Assembly: GCA_020137815.1 (NCBI GenBank)
Contig: CM035360.1
Location: 5,642,001 to 5,706,000, forward strand
Direction of reading: 5' to 3'
Origin: Hormiphora californensis
Taxonomy: Eukaryota; Animalia; Ctenophora
Length of the DNA: 64,000 nucleotides
This document shows, piece after piece, positions 1 to 22,940 of the stretch; the first letter of the stretch is position 1; each line of letters opens with the position of its first letter. A program made the position numbers and the translations under genes. The notes under the pieces were generated by a model, which worked only from the letters and a program-made list of their open reading frames with translations, was not told where the DNA came from and ran no database searches.

Positions 1-2830
1 CGGATTTGTGGATTACTCCCAAAACATTTTATACCGGGTGGGGGGGGAGGCCCTTTCTGTATAAACTCTATCAATACGGCGTGCGGGGGGTCGGTTTTCG
101 GGTGTGCTCAAGGACATGTATACGGGTCCTCAGCCAGAAATTTTAAAATCCTGGGGAAGCCACAGAGACTATAGAGGTTAAAAATCGGTACCCAGCAAGG
201 GGCACCCCTAAGTCCGGAAAATTTTTCAAGATTTTTGTGCACGGGGCTTTTCAGGAAAAAACCTTTAAAAAGGGAGGGGGGATCTTCATCACCATCCCTG
301 GCAGGGAAAAATATTTCCACCTCCTTTGGGTGATGATTTTGGTTTTGGGGGCTCTAAAAAAAATTTCCCGCCTCCCAAAGACTCATCGATTAATTTGAGG
401 AAAAACTGCGAGGATGGGGTCTCTCAGTTAACCTCAAGAAAAAAAAGTAATGGGATTAAAAAAATCGGCTGTCAAAAATGAAAAAAAATGAAGGCTTTAT
501 ATTTAAAAAGGGGGGGAGAAACCTCCCCAAAAAAAGTTTTTGTACCTGGGTTTTAACATTCACTCTTAAAAGGATCTTTTAAGCTGGGAAAGAAGCAAGC
601 CCCAAAGGGAAAAAAAACCCCCCCAGAATGTGTTTTTCTATAAAAAAAAAACAGATTTTAATTCTCGGCAATAAGCCCCCCCCCACAGCTCTGAAACTTT
701 TTGGAACTCACTTTTCCTCCCCCTTTCTATACTGCTTTGCAAGTGGGCTCCCGCACCCCCCTTGGAAATCAGTTTTTTAGCAAAGACTCAATGGGGCCTG
801 AAGATCATAGCAAATCCCCCCTGGAGGAATGGGATCTATCATTTTTGCAAGATGGCCTTTGGGGGAAAAACACCGGGCCTCCAATTTGCGGTGTGGGGGG
901 GATTGGGGGGCGCCCCCCTCTGCATGGCCCCTAGGGGAAAAAAAGCCTTAAGTATATAAACCCCAACAAAGACATGGAAACTTGACACCCTGATTACTCC
1001 CCCCCCGTTAGTGGTTTATTTTCTGAAGGGAAGAAAAACTGGGGCTTGGGCTGGGTCACACAAAATATAGCCATGAGCCGTTTTCAAAAGGAAGGGCACG
1101 TTCACCCCCCATTGGGGAACCCGGGGATCGCAATTTCTAACAAGGGGATGGAGTTTTCCCCTGTTGGTTAAAACATCATTTCTATCAAGAAGAAAATTTT
1201 CTTGACCCGAAAAAGACCCATCTAAATGGATAGAAGATTTAGATCAGTGCTTTACTCGTTAAAATCGAAGTGGGGAAGGCCCAAAAAAAAATACAGGGGA
1301 AAGTTTCAAGGGGGAGGACACATGATTAAAAAAAGGCCCCTGCCATCTGCCCCCACAGGGAAAAAAAATTTTTTAAAAAGAGAAAAACAAAAGGGAAAAA
1401 AACCCCAAAACCACAAAAACCAAAACCCAAAAAAAAAAAACAAGGGGCGGGAAGGAAGGGGCTTAAGGACCCAAAAAAAAGGGGGGAAAATGCAGGGGGG
1501 GGCCCGAAAGGGGGGAAAAACAAAAAGGGGGGGGGAGGGGGAAAGGGGGGTGAGGGGAAAGGGGGGGGGAAAAACCCCAAAAGGAAAAACCCCGGGGAAC
1601 CTTGTGTTTTTCAAAAAAACGGGGGGGCGGGGGGGGGGAAAAAGAGGGGGAAGCCGGGGAAAATTAGGAGGGGCCCGAGCCCGGGAAGGGCCCCCGGGAG
1701 GGGAAAATGGGCGAAAGGGGAGGGTTTTTCAAAGAATTTGGGAGGGGGCCCAAAAAATCCAAAAAAATTTAAATTAAAAAACCACCCCAAAAAACAAAAA
1801 AACAAACAAACCCACCCCCAAAAAAAAACCCAAAAAAAAAAAAAAAAAAACCAAAAAAAAAAAAAAACCAAAAAAACCATAAAAAAAAAAATAAAAAACC
1901 CAAAAAAAAAAACAAAAAAACCTTTTTTTTTTCCAATTAAAAAACACAAAAAACAACCAAAAAAACCCCAAATTTTAAAAAAAACCAAAAAAATTTAAAA
2001 CCACAACAAACTCCAAAAAAACCCCAAATAAAGTTGGGATGGAAAAAAAAAAACCCCCAAAAAAAAAAACAAAAAAAAAAAACACCCCAAAAAAAAAAAA
2101 AGAAAAAAAACAAAACAAAAAACAAAAAAAACCCCAAAAAAAACAAAAAAGAAAAACAAAAAAACAAAAAAAACAAAACCCAAAAAAAGGAAAGGGGGGG
2201 AAAAAAAATTTTAATTGCAATTTAGGGTACCGAGAAAAGGAAAAGATTTTTAAAAAAGAGAAGGGGGGAGAGAAGAAGGAGAGGAAGGGAAAAGAGAAGA
2301 AAGAAAAAAATTAGGGAAAAATTTCCCCGGTTTTTAACCCGGCCCGGTTTTAAAACCCCTACTTTTCCCCCTCTCAATTAAAAACCCGATTTTTGTTTTT
2401 AAAAACAAAAACCAAAAAAAACTCGATTAAAACCCGGTTAAACCAAAAAACTGACCTAAAAATTTCATTTAAAACCTACTCGATTGTCCCGGGGAAAAAA
2501 TGACCAATCATTTTTTGAAAATTTTAAAAAATACCTTCGGGCCGGGCGCAAAAATTGTGAAGGGCGCGGGGGGGAAGTGAAACCTTTTTTTCGATTTTAA
2601 AGTTAAAAAAGGAGGAGAAGGGTTGGTAAAAGATGGTGGGTGGGTGGGGGGGGGGTTACCCGGTTTTCACGGGTTTTTAAAAGGCCCCCAAATTGGGGGG
2701 GGCATTTAATAAAAATTTATTTTCGAAAAAAAAGATAATCCCCGGGGAGCCTTCAAATTTCCAACCTGGTGATAAAAAAAAGAAAATTTAAAAATTTTTG
2801 GGGGGGGGGGGGGGAGGGGTGAGGGTTTAG
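1..2830. other. Low-quality, homopolymer-inflated sequence (probable contig-end or raw-read artefact)
   Basis: Extreme runs of A/G/C/T; ORFs are only K/G/F/P low-complexity; abrupt change to normal sequence near 2830. Confidence 0.8.
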
Positions 2831-2980
2831 ACTAGCAACAAAAGTTATTTATTTTGTTTAGATTTGGTTAAGGTTAGTTATCCAAGAGATAACACCAAGA
2901 CCGGAAAGATCAGAGAGCCCGAGATGCACTGAGGACTGGATCCATCAGGAGAGAATAATACACCGAGAGAACGACCCAGA

Positions 2981-3168
2981 AAGAGAGAGAGAGAGAGAGA
3001 CAGAGAGAGAGAGACAGAGAGAGACATAGAGAGACAGAGAGAGAGAAACAAAAGTTAAGCACAAACTAAATATTTATAGACACTCTGAATTCTATTATTT
3101 CAGTCAGATCAGTTCGCACATAGCATCCAGCAGTACACTGTGCGTGATGTGATCACAGAGAGAGGGAT

Positions 3169-3260
<92 letters not shown>
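2981..3260. repeat. (GA)n microsatellites
   Basis: Long GA runs at ~2981-3046 and ~3160-3260. Confidence 0.95.
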
Positions 3261-3265
<5 letters not shown>

Positions 3266-3382
3266 TTACGATATAATGCGCTGTGTTTCTATCCCGTCCG
3301 TAGGGCGGGTACGGTTTTGCTAGTCGTCTAAATTCAAAATATCACGATGTTTTGTTTGTTAAAATACAGATTAATTACGTAA

Positions 3383-3460
3383 AATACTCGATCTAATACT
3401 CGATCTAATCAATACTCGATCTAATCAATACTCGATCTTATCAATACTCGATCTTATCAA
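3383..3460. repeat. ~16-bp tandem repeat (AATACTCGATCTAATC) upstream of CHMP1
   Basis: About 5 near-identical copies. Confidence 0.85.
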
Positions 3461-3821
3461 GTTTAAAACTGACCATCATTTCAAACTTTGACACAATTTT
3501 TAACAATAACAATTCAAGTACGCGTACGCGAGAATAATAGTGAAGTCGCGATAGAACGTGAATCACTAATATCGATTTGATAAGTTACAGAAAAGAGAGG
3601 AGAGAGATAGAGATAGAAAGAGAGATAGAGATAGAAAGATAGCGAGAGGGAGAGATACCGCGATATCTCACGTGTTAAAAAGCAAATTGTCGTCATTTAA
3701 TACATTTGACTGTCGAGAAAGCATATCCGGCAGTGAGCCTGGCACGTGCCAAACGTTGAGTGATATAAAGAATCATTACCAATCTGGTGCCACTGTATGC
3801 TCTTCTCTCACTCTTCTATCT

Positions 3822-3872
<51 letters not shown>

Positions 3873-3905
3873 CTCTTTCTCTCTTTCTCTCTCTCTTTCT
3901 TTCTC

Positions 3906-3953
<48 letters not shown>

Positions 3954-4077
3954 TCTCTCACTCACTCTCCCTCTCTCTCTCTCTCTCTTTCTTCACAACT
4001 TGCTATTTCTCAGCACTATCTCTCTGTTCCCCATTTCTCTTATTCCTAACCCTAATTTCCTGATAATTTAGCACAGC

Positions 4078-7032
4078 ATGTCAACGAAACAATTGGAAAA
4101 GCAGTACTTCAACCTCAAGTTTGCTGCAAAGCAGCTCGAACGAAATGCTAAAAAGTGCCAAAAAGAAGAGAAAGAGGAGAAGCTGAAGTTAAAGAGGGCA
4201 ATCGAAAAAGGAAACACAGAGGGAGCGAGGATCCACGCTGAGAATGCCATCAGACAGAAGAGTCAGTATGCTAATTACCTGAGGATGGCATCTCGTGTTG
4301 ATGGAGTATGTTCACGTGTCCAGGCTGCCATCGCAATGAAACAGGTGATGTAATGTGGGTGCATGTGTGGTACTAGGTGGTGAGTGATGTGTGTGGGGGA
4401 CATGTGGTACCACTGCACTACTTCATAGTGAACACGTTTGTGGTGGGGAGTTGAAACATGGGGAGGTAAATCAGGGGGCAGGTGGGAATATGTGGAGTAA
4501 GCGGGTCTCAACTCTCATCCATTACTAAACAAGTGAGCAGCTGTAGTAGTAGTAAGTGGGCACTGGGCGTGTAGGAAAATTTGAATTTCAGATTGTCTCA
4601 TGAACGATGGGGGGAATATATGCAGTTGAAACAAGTTGTTGGGGCGATGGGGAGACATGTCGAGTCGTGTTAAATCAATCCTGAGAAATGGATTATTTTT
4701 AGTTTGGGGAGGGGAAAGGTGATTTAGGCGGGCGGAAAAACAGGTTCGAGCAAGGCAATGCCGGACGATTAGATTGGCTTGGTGTACCTGGAGGGGGGGG
4801 GGAAATCATATGATTTCTTTAGGCTGCAGCAGTCTGCAATATTATTTTTCTCATCAAATCATGTTGCCCTGCTCGTAGCTCGAGTTGTGTTTATTATGAA
4901 TTGCATCATCAATATTGCCTAGCTAGACTGTGTTTCGTGCGCCCGCGAAACAAATGTAAAGGAGGGTTAGAACATAACAACATCAATATTATTATCAGGG
5001 CGTGTTAAAATTTTGTCATCCAACGCGACCGTCAAAATCGTGCGTGAGATTGTTACTTTTAGAATGGGGAGAGAAATTTTAACGGCCACTGGTGTGTGCG
5101 GGTTTATAATCAAAATTTTAATTTTGATTTTAACTTGTGTTGGCTGGTGTGTGCACGGCGTGCCTGGTGAAACTTTAACACGACCTAGCATGCAACGGGA
5201 AACCACCACTTGTACGTGGTAGCTGAGGGTCTACAGAATGGCGCTACGGTGCGGGAAAAAAAAGTCCATGCCCTAAAATCTTTTTTTTTACTTTTATTTG
5301 ATTTGGGTCAAAATTGGCTATATTAAACGTGGTCCCGAAAAATCCATAATGACTTAGCACACGAAATATGTCACCCCCACCTATTTTTGCACGTAGAATC
5401 GATTGCCGTTGAAGTCGAATCTCTAAAATGACTGTAAAATGGTCAAAAGTTGATTTTTTACCATTTTTTGGAGGTTTTTGGCCCCTAAACCATTGAAAAC
5501 GTTGAGATAGGAATTTGAAACTAGTGCCAATCGTTAAAATGGTCATTTTTCTACCAAGAACCAAGTTTTCGTGTATATCCGATTTATGGTTAGATTTGGG
5601 CAAATTGTTGAAATCTGCCATCTAGGAGAACCGTAACTTGATTTTTTCCTTTTTTATGTTTTGGCATTTTTGACAAACTTCTGATTGAAATGGCCAGTCG
5701 GGACCATGCTTAAGTTGTTTATGGGACAATTTTCGACTAAAATCCAAGATTTCATACCAATCCAATAACAGATCGTTGATTTATAGAAAATTTAAGTAGG
5801 CAAAACGGTCAAAATAACAACTTTTCTTGCTTATTTTGACCGTTTTGCCTACTTACATTTTCTATAAATCAACGATCTGTTATTGGATTGGTATGAAATG
5901 TTGGATTTTAGTCGAAAATTGTCCCATAAACAACTTAAGCATGGTCCCGACTGGCCATTTCAATCCGAAGTTTGTCAAAAATGCCAAAACATAAAAAAGG
6001 AAAAAATCAAGTTACGGTTCTCCTAGATGGCAGATTTCAACAATTTGCCCAAATCTAACCATAAATCGGATATACACGAAAACTTGGTTCTTGGTAGAAA
6101 AATGACCATTTTAACGATTGGCACTAGTTTCAAATTCCTATCTCAACGTTTTCAATGGTTTAGGGGCCAAAAACCTCCAAAAATGGTAAAAAATCAACTT
6201 TTGACCATTTTACAGTCATTTTAGAGATTCGACTTCAACGGCAATCGATTCTACGTGCAAAAATAGGTGGGGGTGACATATTTCGTGTGCTAAGTCATTA
6301 TGGATTTTTCGGGACCACGTTTAATATAGCCAATTTTGACCCAAATCAAATAAAAGTAAAAAAAAAGATTTTAGGGCATGGACTTTTTTTTCCCGCACCG
6401 TAGCGCCATTCTGTAGACCCTCAGCTACCACGTACAAGTGGTGGTTTCCCGTTGCATGCTAGGTCGTGTTAAAGTTTCACCAGGCACGCCGTGTGTGGCG
6501 ACTCTAAGTAATTAGTAATATTAGAATATCCTGTATTATATAAGTACTATCTATGGAGCTTAGGTTGTATCAATATCCACTATCTTCTACTGACTAACAT
6601 TCACTGATAGCAACCAATACATTCACCAATACTAACCAATAGTCAATACTAATTCCAACCCCAACCACATCTCTGTATCTCCTGCAGGTGACTGGTAACA
6701 TGGCCAGCGTGGTAAAAGGTCTCGACGCCGCTATGAAGAGCATGAACCTGGAGAAGATGCAACAGTTAATGGATAAATTCGAGAAACAGCAAGAGGACAT
6801 GGATGTACAATCCCAAGCAATGGACCAATCAATGTCCAACACTGTCACACTGTCCGTCCCTGAGGACTCAGTGTCTGCGCTCATGCAGGAAGTTGCTGAC
6901 GAGCATGGTTTGGAGGTTGGTGTTGAACTAGGAGGACACTCCATACCTAGCTCATCTGTGGGTACTACATCCCACGCTAATGCAGAGCAGGATGAGCTGT
7001 CACAGCGGCTAGCCAGGCTCAGGCAACAGTAG
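4078..7032 (+). CDS. CHMP1: ESCRT-III subunit CHMP1 (Did2/Snf7 family), 2 exons: 4078-4344, 6688-7032
   Basis: FNLKFAAKQLERNAKKCQKEEKEEK...ARIHAENAIRQK and C-terminal DELSQRLARLR; phase-0 GT-AG intron joins the exons in frame. Confidence 0.95.
5154..6493. mobile_element. Non-autonomous foldback DNA transposon, Chapaev/CMC-like, copy 1 (in CHMP1 intron)
   Basis: ~660-bp near-perfect inverted arms, termini CACGGCGTG...CACGCCGTG, 4-bp TSD TGTG; second copy at 39393-40734. Confidence 0.9.
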
Positions 7033-7392
7033 GGGAACAACTGCACTGCAGAATCGTGTACATACTACTCAGCAACTTTTGTGATTTTAGAGACAACAAG
7101 GAATTTCTTAATTAATAGGGTCGAAGGGCACGCGGAAATATACAAACTCTTAGATATTTCTTGATTTTCAGAGTTGTATTGTGTTTTGTAGACTGAAAAA
7201 AATAACAATAGAAAGTGACATAAAATGATAAAATCAAAAACAATAGATATGTCTTGTAATACTTGTTTCAGCTTATAAGTGACTTGTTTAACTTTTATCT
7301 AAATGATCGGGTGTGTTTATGAACGTGTCCGGACTCTAATTGAGTTAACTAACTAACTAAATCTCCCAAGGTATTCCATGCTAATAGGTAGA

Positions 7393-10300
7393 ATGTTGTT
7401 CAAGTGTCAACGTGAGCCGTTTCTACAGGTATTCTCTTCCACCGTAACGGCATGTAAAGAGGTGAGATATAGGAGAATGAGTGTCATTTTTATCGTCTCA
7501 TCCTAGTCTTTCACCGTTTGCGTAATTCCTTCCTCTAATCTTCTTCCTGCTCTTGATTCCTGTGCAGATCTCATCTGACCCATTATGTGTTTCCAGGTTA
7601 AGATCGGAAAGAAGAAGAGATACGAGGTAGAGTTAGATGATACTATTCTGTTTCCTGAGGGTGGCGGTCAGCCATCAGACTTTGGTACGCTGCAACTTCC
7701 CACTTCTGATGCAAAGTAAGGAACGCTCTGTAGACAGCAAGGCTTGAAAATGAAGATAAACTATGTCATTCCAAGATCAAAAAGGTTTCTTGTCAAAATC
7801 TAAATTAAGCTCCTCCCTTTAAGTTTCCACGTCCAAGGAAACATCCTGTTGTTTTGTAGGGTGTTATCAGAGATCTGAGTTGTTGTCATAATTTTGATGT
7901 TTTGGGACGTCGGCTGAAAGCTTGCTCTTGCCTATGAACACTGTAAAGATGCGACGCGCGCGGAGTGCTCAGTAATATGAAAGTGTATCATTTCAACACT
8001 GTAATTTTCGCGCGCATTTTGACTGACAGCCGGATTGGATGTAAAAAGTTTATCCAAAAACAACAACAACATGATTGGCGATTATCAGGCAATTAACAAA
8101 TTCAAATGAAATTTTTCCTATCAGGATAGGAGTGCTAGATGTACAAAGAAGGGGTGGAGCAGCTGTCCATACAACAGATAAACCAGTTCCTGTGGGTCAA
8201 GTTGTTAATGCTAGCGTGGACTGGGAACGGAGATTTGATCACATGCAACAACATACCGGTAGTAATGTTACCACTGATATAAGTTCAATGTAGCAGCGAG
8301 TACCACTGGTCAAAACCCAGATTCTTTTGTAAAATTGGAGAAGTCTTGTTTTCGATTACATTTACCAAAACATCCTCACCGTTCCTTCAGGTCAGCATCT
8401 GTTAAGTGCAATTGCAGAGCAGGAACCGTATAAACTTAATACTGTTTCCTGGAATCTAGGTAGGCTCACATACCGTTTTATACCTCTATCTCCCCCTTTT
8501 ACCGTTCGTTCAGTCTCTCTCTCTGTCCCTCTCTCTCTCTCTCTGTCCCTCTCTCTCTCTCTCCACTCTCTCTCTCTCTCTCTCTCCCACAGGAGCGAGT
8601 GTCTGTCTTGTCGAACTGGATGCTCCTTCCATCTCTCACGAGATATGTGATCAACTGGAATCACGTTGTAACAGGTAAGCAACATCATCAGTTCATTTTC
8701 ACTGTCCGCTCTCTTTCTCTTGCTGTGTGCCATGCCTCGCTCCGATGTTGACAAATCAGTGGTAGGCTGGTCCAAGAAGATCACAATTCATAGACATGCG
8801 ATCCTGGGAGAGGGCAGCAAGGGGACCATCGTATTTGAAGGGCGAGTGGAGGGTACTATCCCCGTGGCAGTCAAAAGATCCCAGTTCACCTATCTAACAG
8901 ATGGGACTGCTCTCCTTGATGAGTTGAAAGTACTCCAGAAATTAAACCACCCAAATGTAGTCCGTTATCGAATGTATGATCGGGACCATGACTTTACTTA
9001 CATAGCCCTGGACCTCTGTAAGGAACCCCTCACGTCGTGGATTGAAACCATCCCTGGCCCTAGTACAGCTGACAGAGTGTTCGCTCTGAGAGGTATCGCT
9101 CTGGGTTTGGAGTACCTTCACCTTAACAACATTATACACGGTGATCTCAAACCGGCTAATGTCCTGATTCAAGAGGATAAAAGAGATGATTTCAGAGTGG
9201 TGATCTCAGATTTTGGGCTCAGTGTGGAGTTACCCCAGGATAAGAGTAGTGTGTTGGTGAAGGCTGAGGGTTCTAGTGGTTGGTTACCTAAGGAGGTTTT
9301 AGAGGCTAAGAAATCGTCAGACACCAAAGTCCAACTAAAGAGAGAGGTAGATGTGTTCTCATATGGCTGCATGATACAATTCGTCATGGCAACTAAACGA
9401 AAAACAGACTTCACCCTTCATCCGTTTGGTGCGGCTGTCTCTCGAGACAGGAACATTGTATTCCGGAAACGAGTTGCAACGATTGTACAGAGAAGGAACT
9501 ACAGCAAGTTTACCATGATTGAACTGTTGGCTGATATCCTGGTGGAGCTGTGTGTTTGTGATGTACCAGGAAGGCGTCCATCTGCCATCGGGATCCTGTC
9601 CAACCCATTATTTTGGAACTCTACCAAGTGCCTCCGGTTTCTAATTGATGTCTTTAACAACAACAAAATCTTGATCCATGATCGTAATAATACCGATCAT
9701 AGGGAGAGTGATGTGGTTAATGCGGCGGAGGATGCCTGGCAAACCTATCTCAGAGGGGCTACTTTAGCCAAACTGATCCCTGAGGCATGGGACTACGCTG
9801 TGAAATGTAGAAAAGATGCCAAGGCAAGTAAACCAAGAGGAATATCTCTGTTTAATACCACGCTCAGGATCATACGAAATACCCAACAACATGCCAATGA
9901 GAGGGTGAGCGATTACCGGCCCCTCCGACAAGTCTTGGTTAAAAACCCAAAAGATCCAAAAGATAGGCCCTCTGATGATACCATTGCCGACTATTTCCTA
10001 ACCAGACTACCCTGTCTAATCCCTGTTGTGTACTACAAGCTCTACACTTATTGTGTACAGAGACGCCTCCTTAACGACTACTACTCGAGTTGTAAAGAGG
10101 CGGGGAGGAGTAGGATGGTGTCCATGCCTCACTCTAGTTACAGGCTGGACTGGGAAGAGAAGGCCATGACTGTGGTGCTGGACAATGTTTATGGGATAAA
10201 GGATTTGGGGAGGCGTAAATGTAAATCTGGGTAAACTGTGGATTGCAGAATTTAGAATTTAGAATCTAGATTAATCTTTAGTACTACAGTAGTATAATGT

Positions 10301-11694
10301 AGATTGCAAATTCTTGGACTATATGAGAGGGTAGAGGAACAGTATTTTTGATATTTTAATATACCATTGGGTTTCTTGACTGTTTATAGTTTTCAGAATT
10401 TTTCAGAATTTTTGCAGCTGAGTGTATTTGATGCCCAACTAACTAACTTATCCAATACTTCCATGACTCCATCTCATCAAATTTTCCTTTCAGTTTGATT
10501 CGCCAAGCGCTACCAGTGGTTACCAAAGTTTTTGAGGGTAAGGATGATCCGGGTCTTTCGTCGGCACACACCCGGGGTCTACCTGATGATCATACAGGTA
10601 ATGAATATAAGAGCTTCCTTGATCTCGTACCTTCAAAATTTGTTTGTACTCTTTTCTTATTCACTCGGCTCACTGAAGAATCTTACCCATATCTCATACC
10701 CTTCTCTCTCTCTCCCCCCTCCTCTCCTAGTCAATTACTCGTAGTCGCTCCTCTCCTAGTCAATTACCCTTCTCCCCTAGGTCCAGTGAGAGTTGTGCAG
10801 ATAGGGGAGGTAGATGAGAACATGTGCTGTGGAACACACCTCACCTCACTTGCACAGGTAGGGAATCGGGGTTTTAACAATTTTATAACAGGGCCTGAGC
10901 CACGCAATTCTTATTTAAATCGTTTTATCAGGATCGACTAGATTTCACAGTCTGCTAACCAATATCCGTTTCTTTCCCGCAGGTTCAAGCTATTAAATTG
11001 TTACACACAGAATCAAAGCGTGGTAACACTTTGCTTTACTTTATTTGCGGAGAGCGAGTCTTCAAATTCCTTAATTCGACTTTGGAGATTAATTCAAAAC
11101 TAAACGTTCTTCTCTCCTCACCTCCCCAACAATTCGCCCCCATGGTAAGTATGGCTGTCGGTGGGATTCACCAAGTGCATTCAACACAACTTTATTATCG
11201 ATATATTCGGACTTCGGAGGTATAGATAGTGTGTAGATTGTGAAAAGGGGTATACAGAGAGTTTAACCAATGACAAAAGTGTTTCTATTCAAAGTCTCTG
11301 TTAACAGGTTGAAAAGCTGGCCAAAGATAGCAAGACCCACCGGAAGCAGTGCGAGAAACTATCTGATGAGTTAGCCACACTGCACGCCTCAACCCTCCTC
11401 TCATCCCCTGAGCCTGTCCTTGTAATCCATCGCCCCACCTCTGATGCCCAATACAGTCAGACACTCCAACACAAACTGGGAGAGGAGAAGAGGCCTCTCC
11501 TTCTCACCATGGGTGAACAAGGGGCTGCTCAGGTGGTATTTAAAGGTCCTGAGGAGCTGGTTGATAGGCTTGGTAAGGAGTTGATGAAGAGACTGGATGG
11601 GAAGGGAGGTGGGAAGAATGGACGGTTTCAGGGGAAGTTTAGTGATGTGGGGAAGGTAGCAGGTGCTGTTGAGTGGCTGAAAAGTGAGATCTGA
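7393..11694 (+). CDS. AARSD1: Alanyl-tRNA editing protein (AlaX-type). Exons 7393-7461, 7597-7715, 8125-8258, 8391-8459, 8593-8674, 10494-10597, 10781-10857, 10983-11144, 11308-11694
   Basis: DTILFPEGGGQPSD, RRFDHMQQHTGQHL, CCGTH zinc motif, C-terminal GKGGGKNGRFQGK; all junctions GT-AG and in frame. Confidence 0.92.
8732..10234 (+). CDS. Intronless IRE1/RNase L-like Ser/Thr kinase plus KEN ribonuclease domain, no luminal or TM region; nested in AARSD1 intron 8675-10493
   Basis: ILGEGSKGTIVFEG, VAVKR, HPNVVRY, HGDLKPANVLI, ISDFG, GSSGW, HPFG, RRPSA...NPLFW, KEN-like LRIIRNTQQH and YFLTRLP. Confidence 0.88.
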   Translation: MPRSDVDKSVVGWSKKITIHRHAILGEGSKGTIVFEGRVEGTIPVAVKRSQFTYLTDGTALLDELKVLQKLNHPNVVRYRMYDRDHDFTYIALDLCKEPLTSWIETIPGPSTADRVFALRGIALGLEYLHLNNIIHGDLKPANVLIQEDKRDDFRVVISDFGLSVELPQDKSSVLVKAEGSSGWLPKEVLEAKKSSDTKVQLKREVDVFSYGCMIQFVMATKRKTDFTLHPFGAAVSRDRNIVFRKRVATIVQRRNYSKFTMIELLADILVELCVCDVPGRRPSAIGILSNPLFWNSTKCLRFLIDVFNNNKILIHDRNNTDHRESDVVNAAEDAWQTYLRGATLAKLIPEAWDYAVKCRKDAKASKPRGISLFNTTLRIIRNTQQHANERVSDYRPLRQVLVKNPKDPKDRPSDDTIADYFLTRLPCLIPVVYYKLYTYCVQRRLLNDYYSSCKEAGRSRMVSMPHSSYRLDWEEKAMTVVLDNVYGIKDLGRRKCKSG

Positions 11695-11905
11695 TTTATT
11701 TATTTACTTTTTGTAAGTTGTTTAGTCTGTTTTAGGGCTTTGAGAACTATTTTATTGCTTAGGCTAAAGTATTACTAGCTTTGGGTCTCGACTACAAATA
11801 TTTCCCAGACATTTTGACAAGAGATATACCTCCACATAGCTATGATGACCTAGGAATAGGGTGTGGTCTGACCCAGACACGATTATCTAAGAACTACGGT
11901 TGGAC

Positions 11906-22520
<10,615 letters not shown>

Positions 22521-22780
22521 GGGTGAGGGTAGAGGGAGCTAATTCCAGTGTTAATTCGGGTTTAGCCTGTTCATGGGACAATGAAATCCGATGATAATTG
22601 GGGACAGATGACAATGAAATGATCGTGAAAGAGTGGTTGTTTACGGAGTGAGAGTAACACTAAGATAGATGTAGATCTATGTTACATTTTACAGATTAAT
22701 CTATATTTTACAGATCAAGTTGAATTTTACAGATTGATTTATATTTCCTCTATCTAATGACCTTTCCTCCACTCCCTCTC

Positions 22781-22908
<128 letters not shown>

Positions 22909-22940
22909 CTCTACTAAAACCTGTAACCCCACATTTAGAC

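Noticed and set aside
1226-2314. Lys/Gly/Phe-rich ORFs
   Set aside because: Products of homopolymer-inflated low-quality sequence
5244-6224. Repeated MADFNNLPKS ORFs (also 39424-40644) and mirrored ORFs at 60669-61525
   Set aside because: Incidental frames in palindromic elements; no transposase motifs
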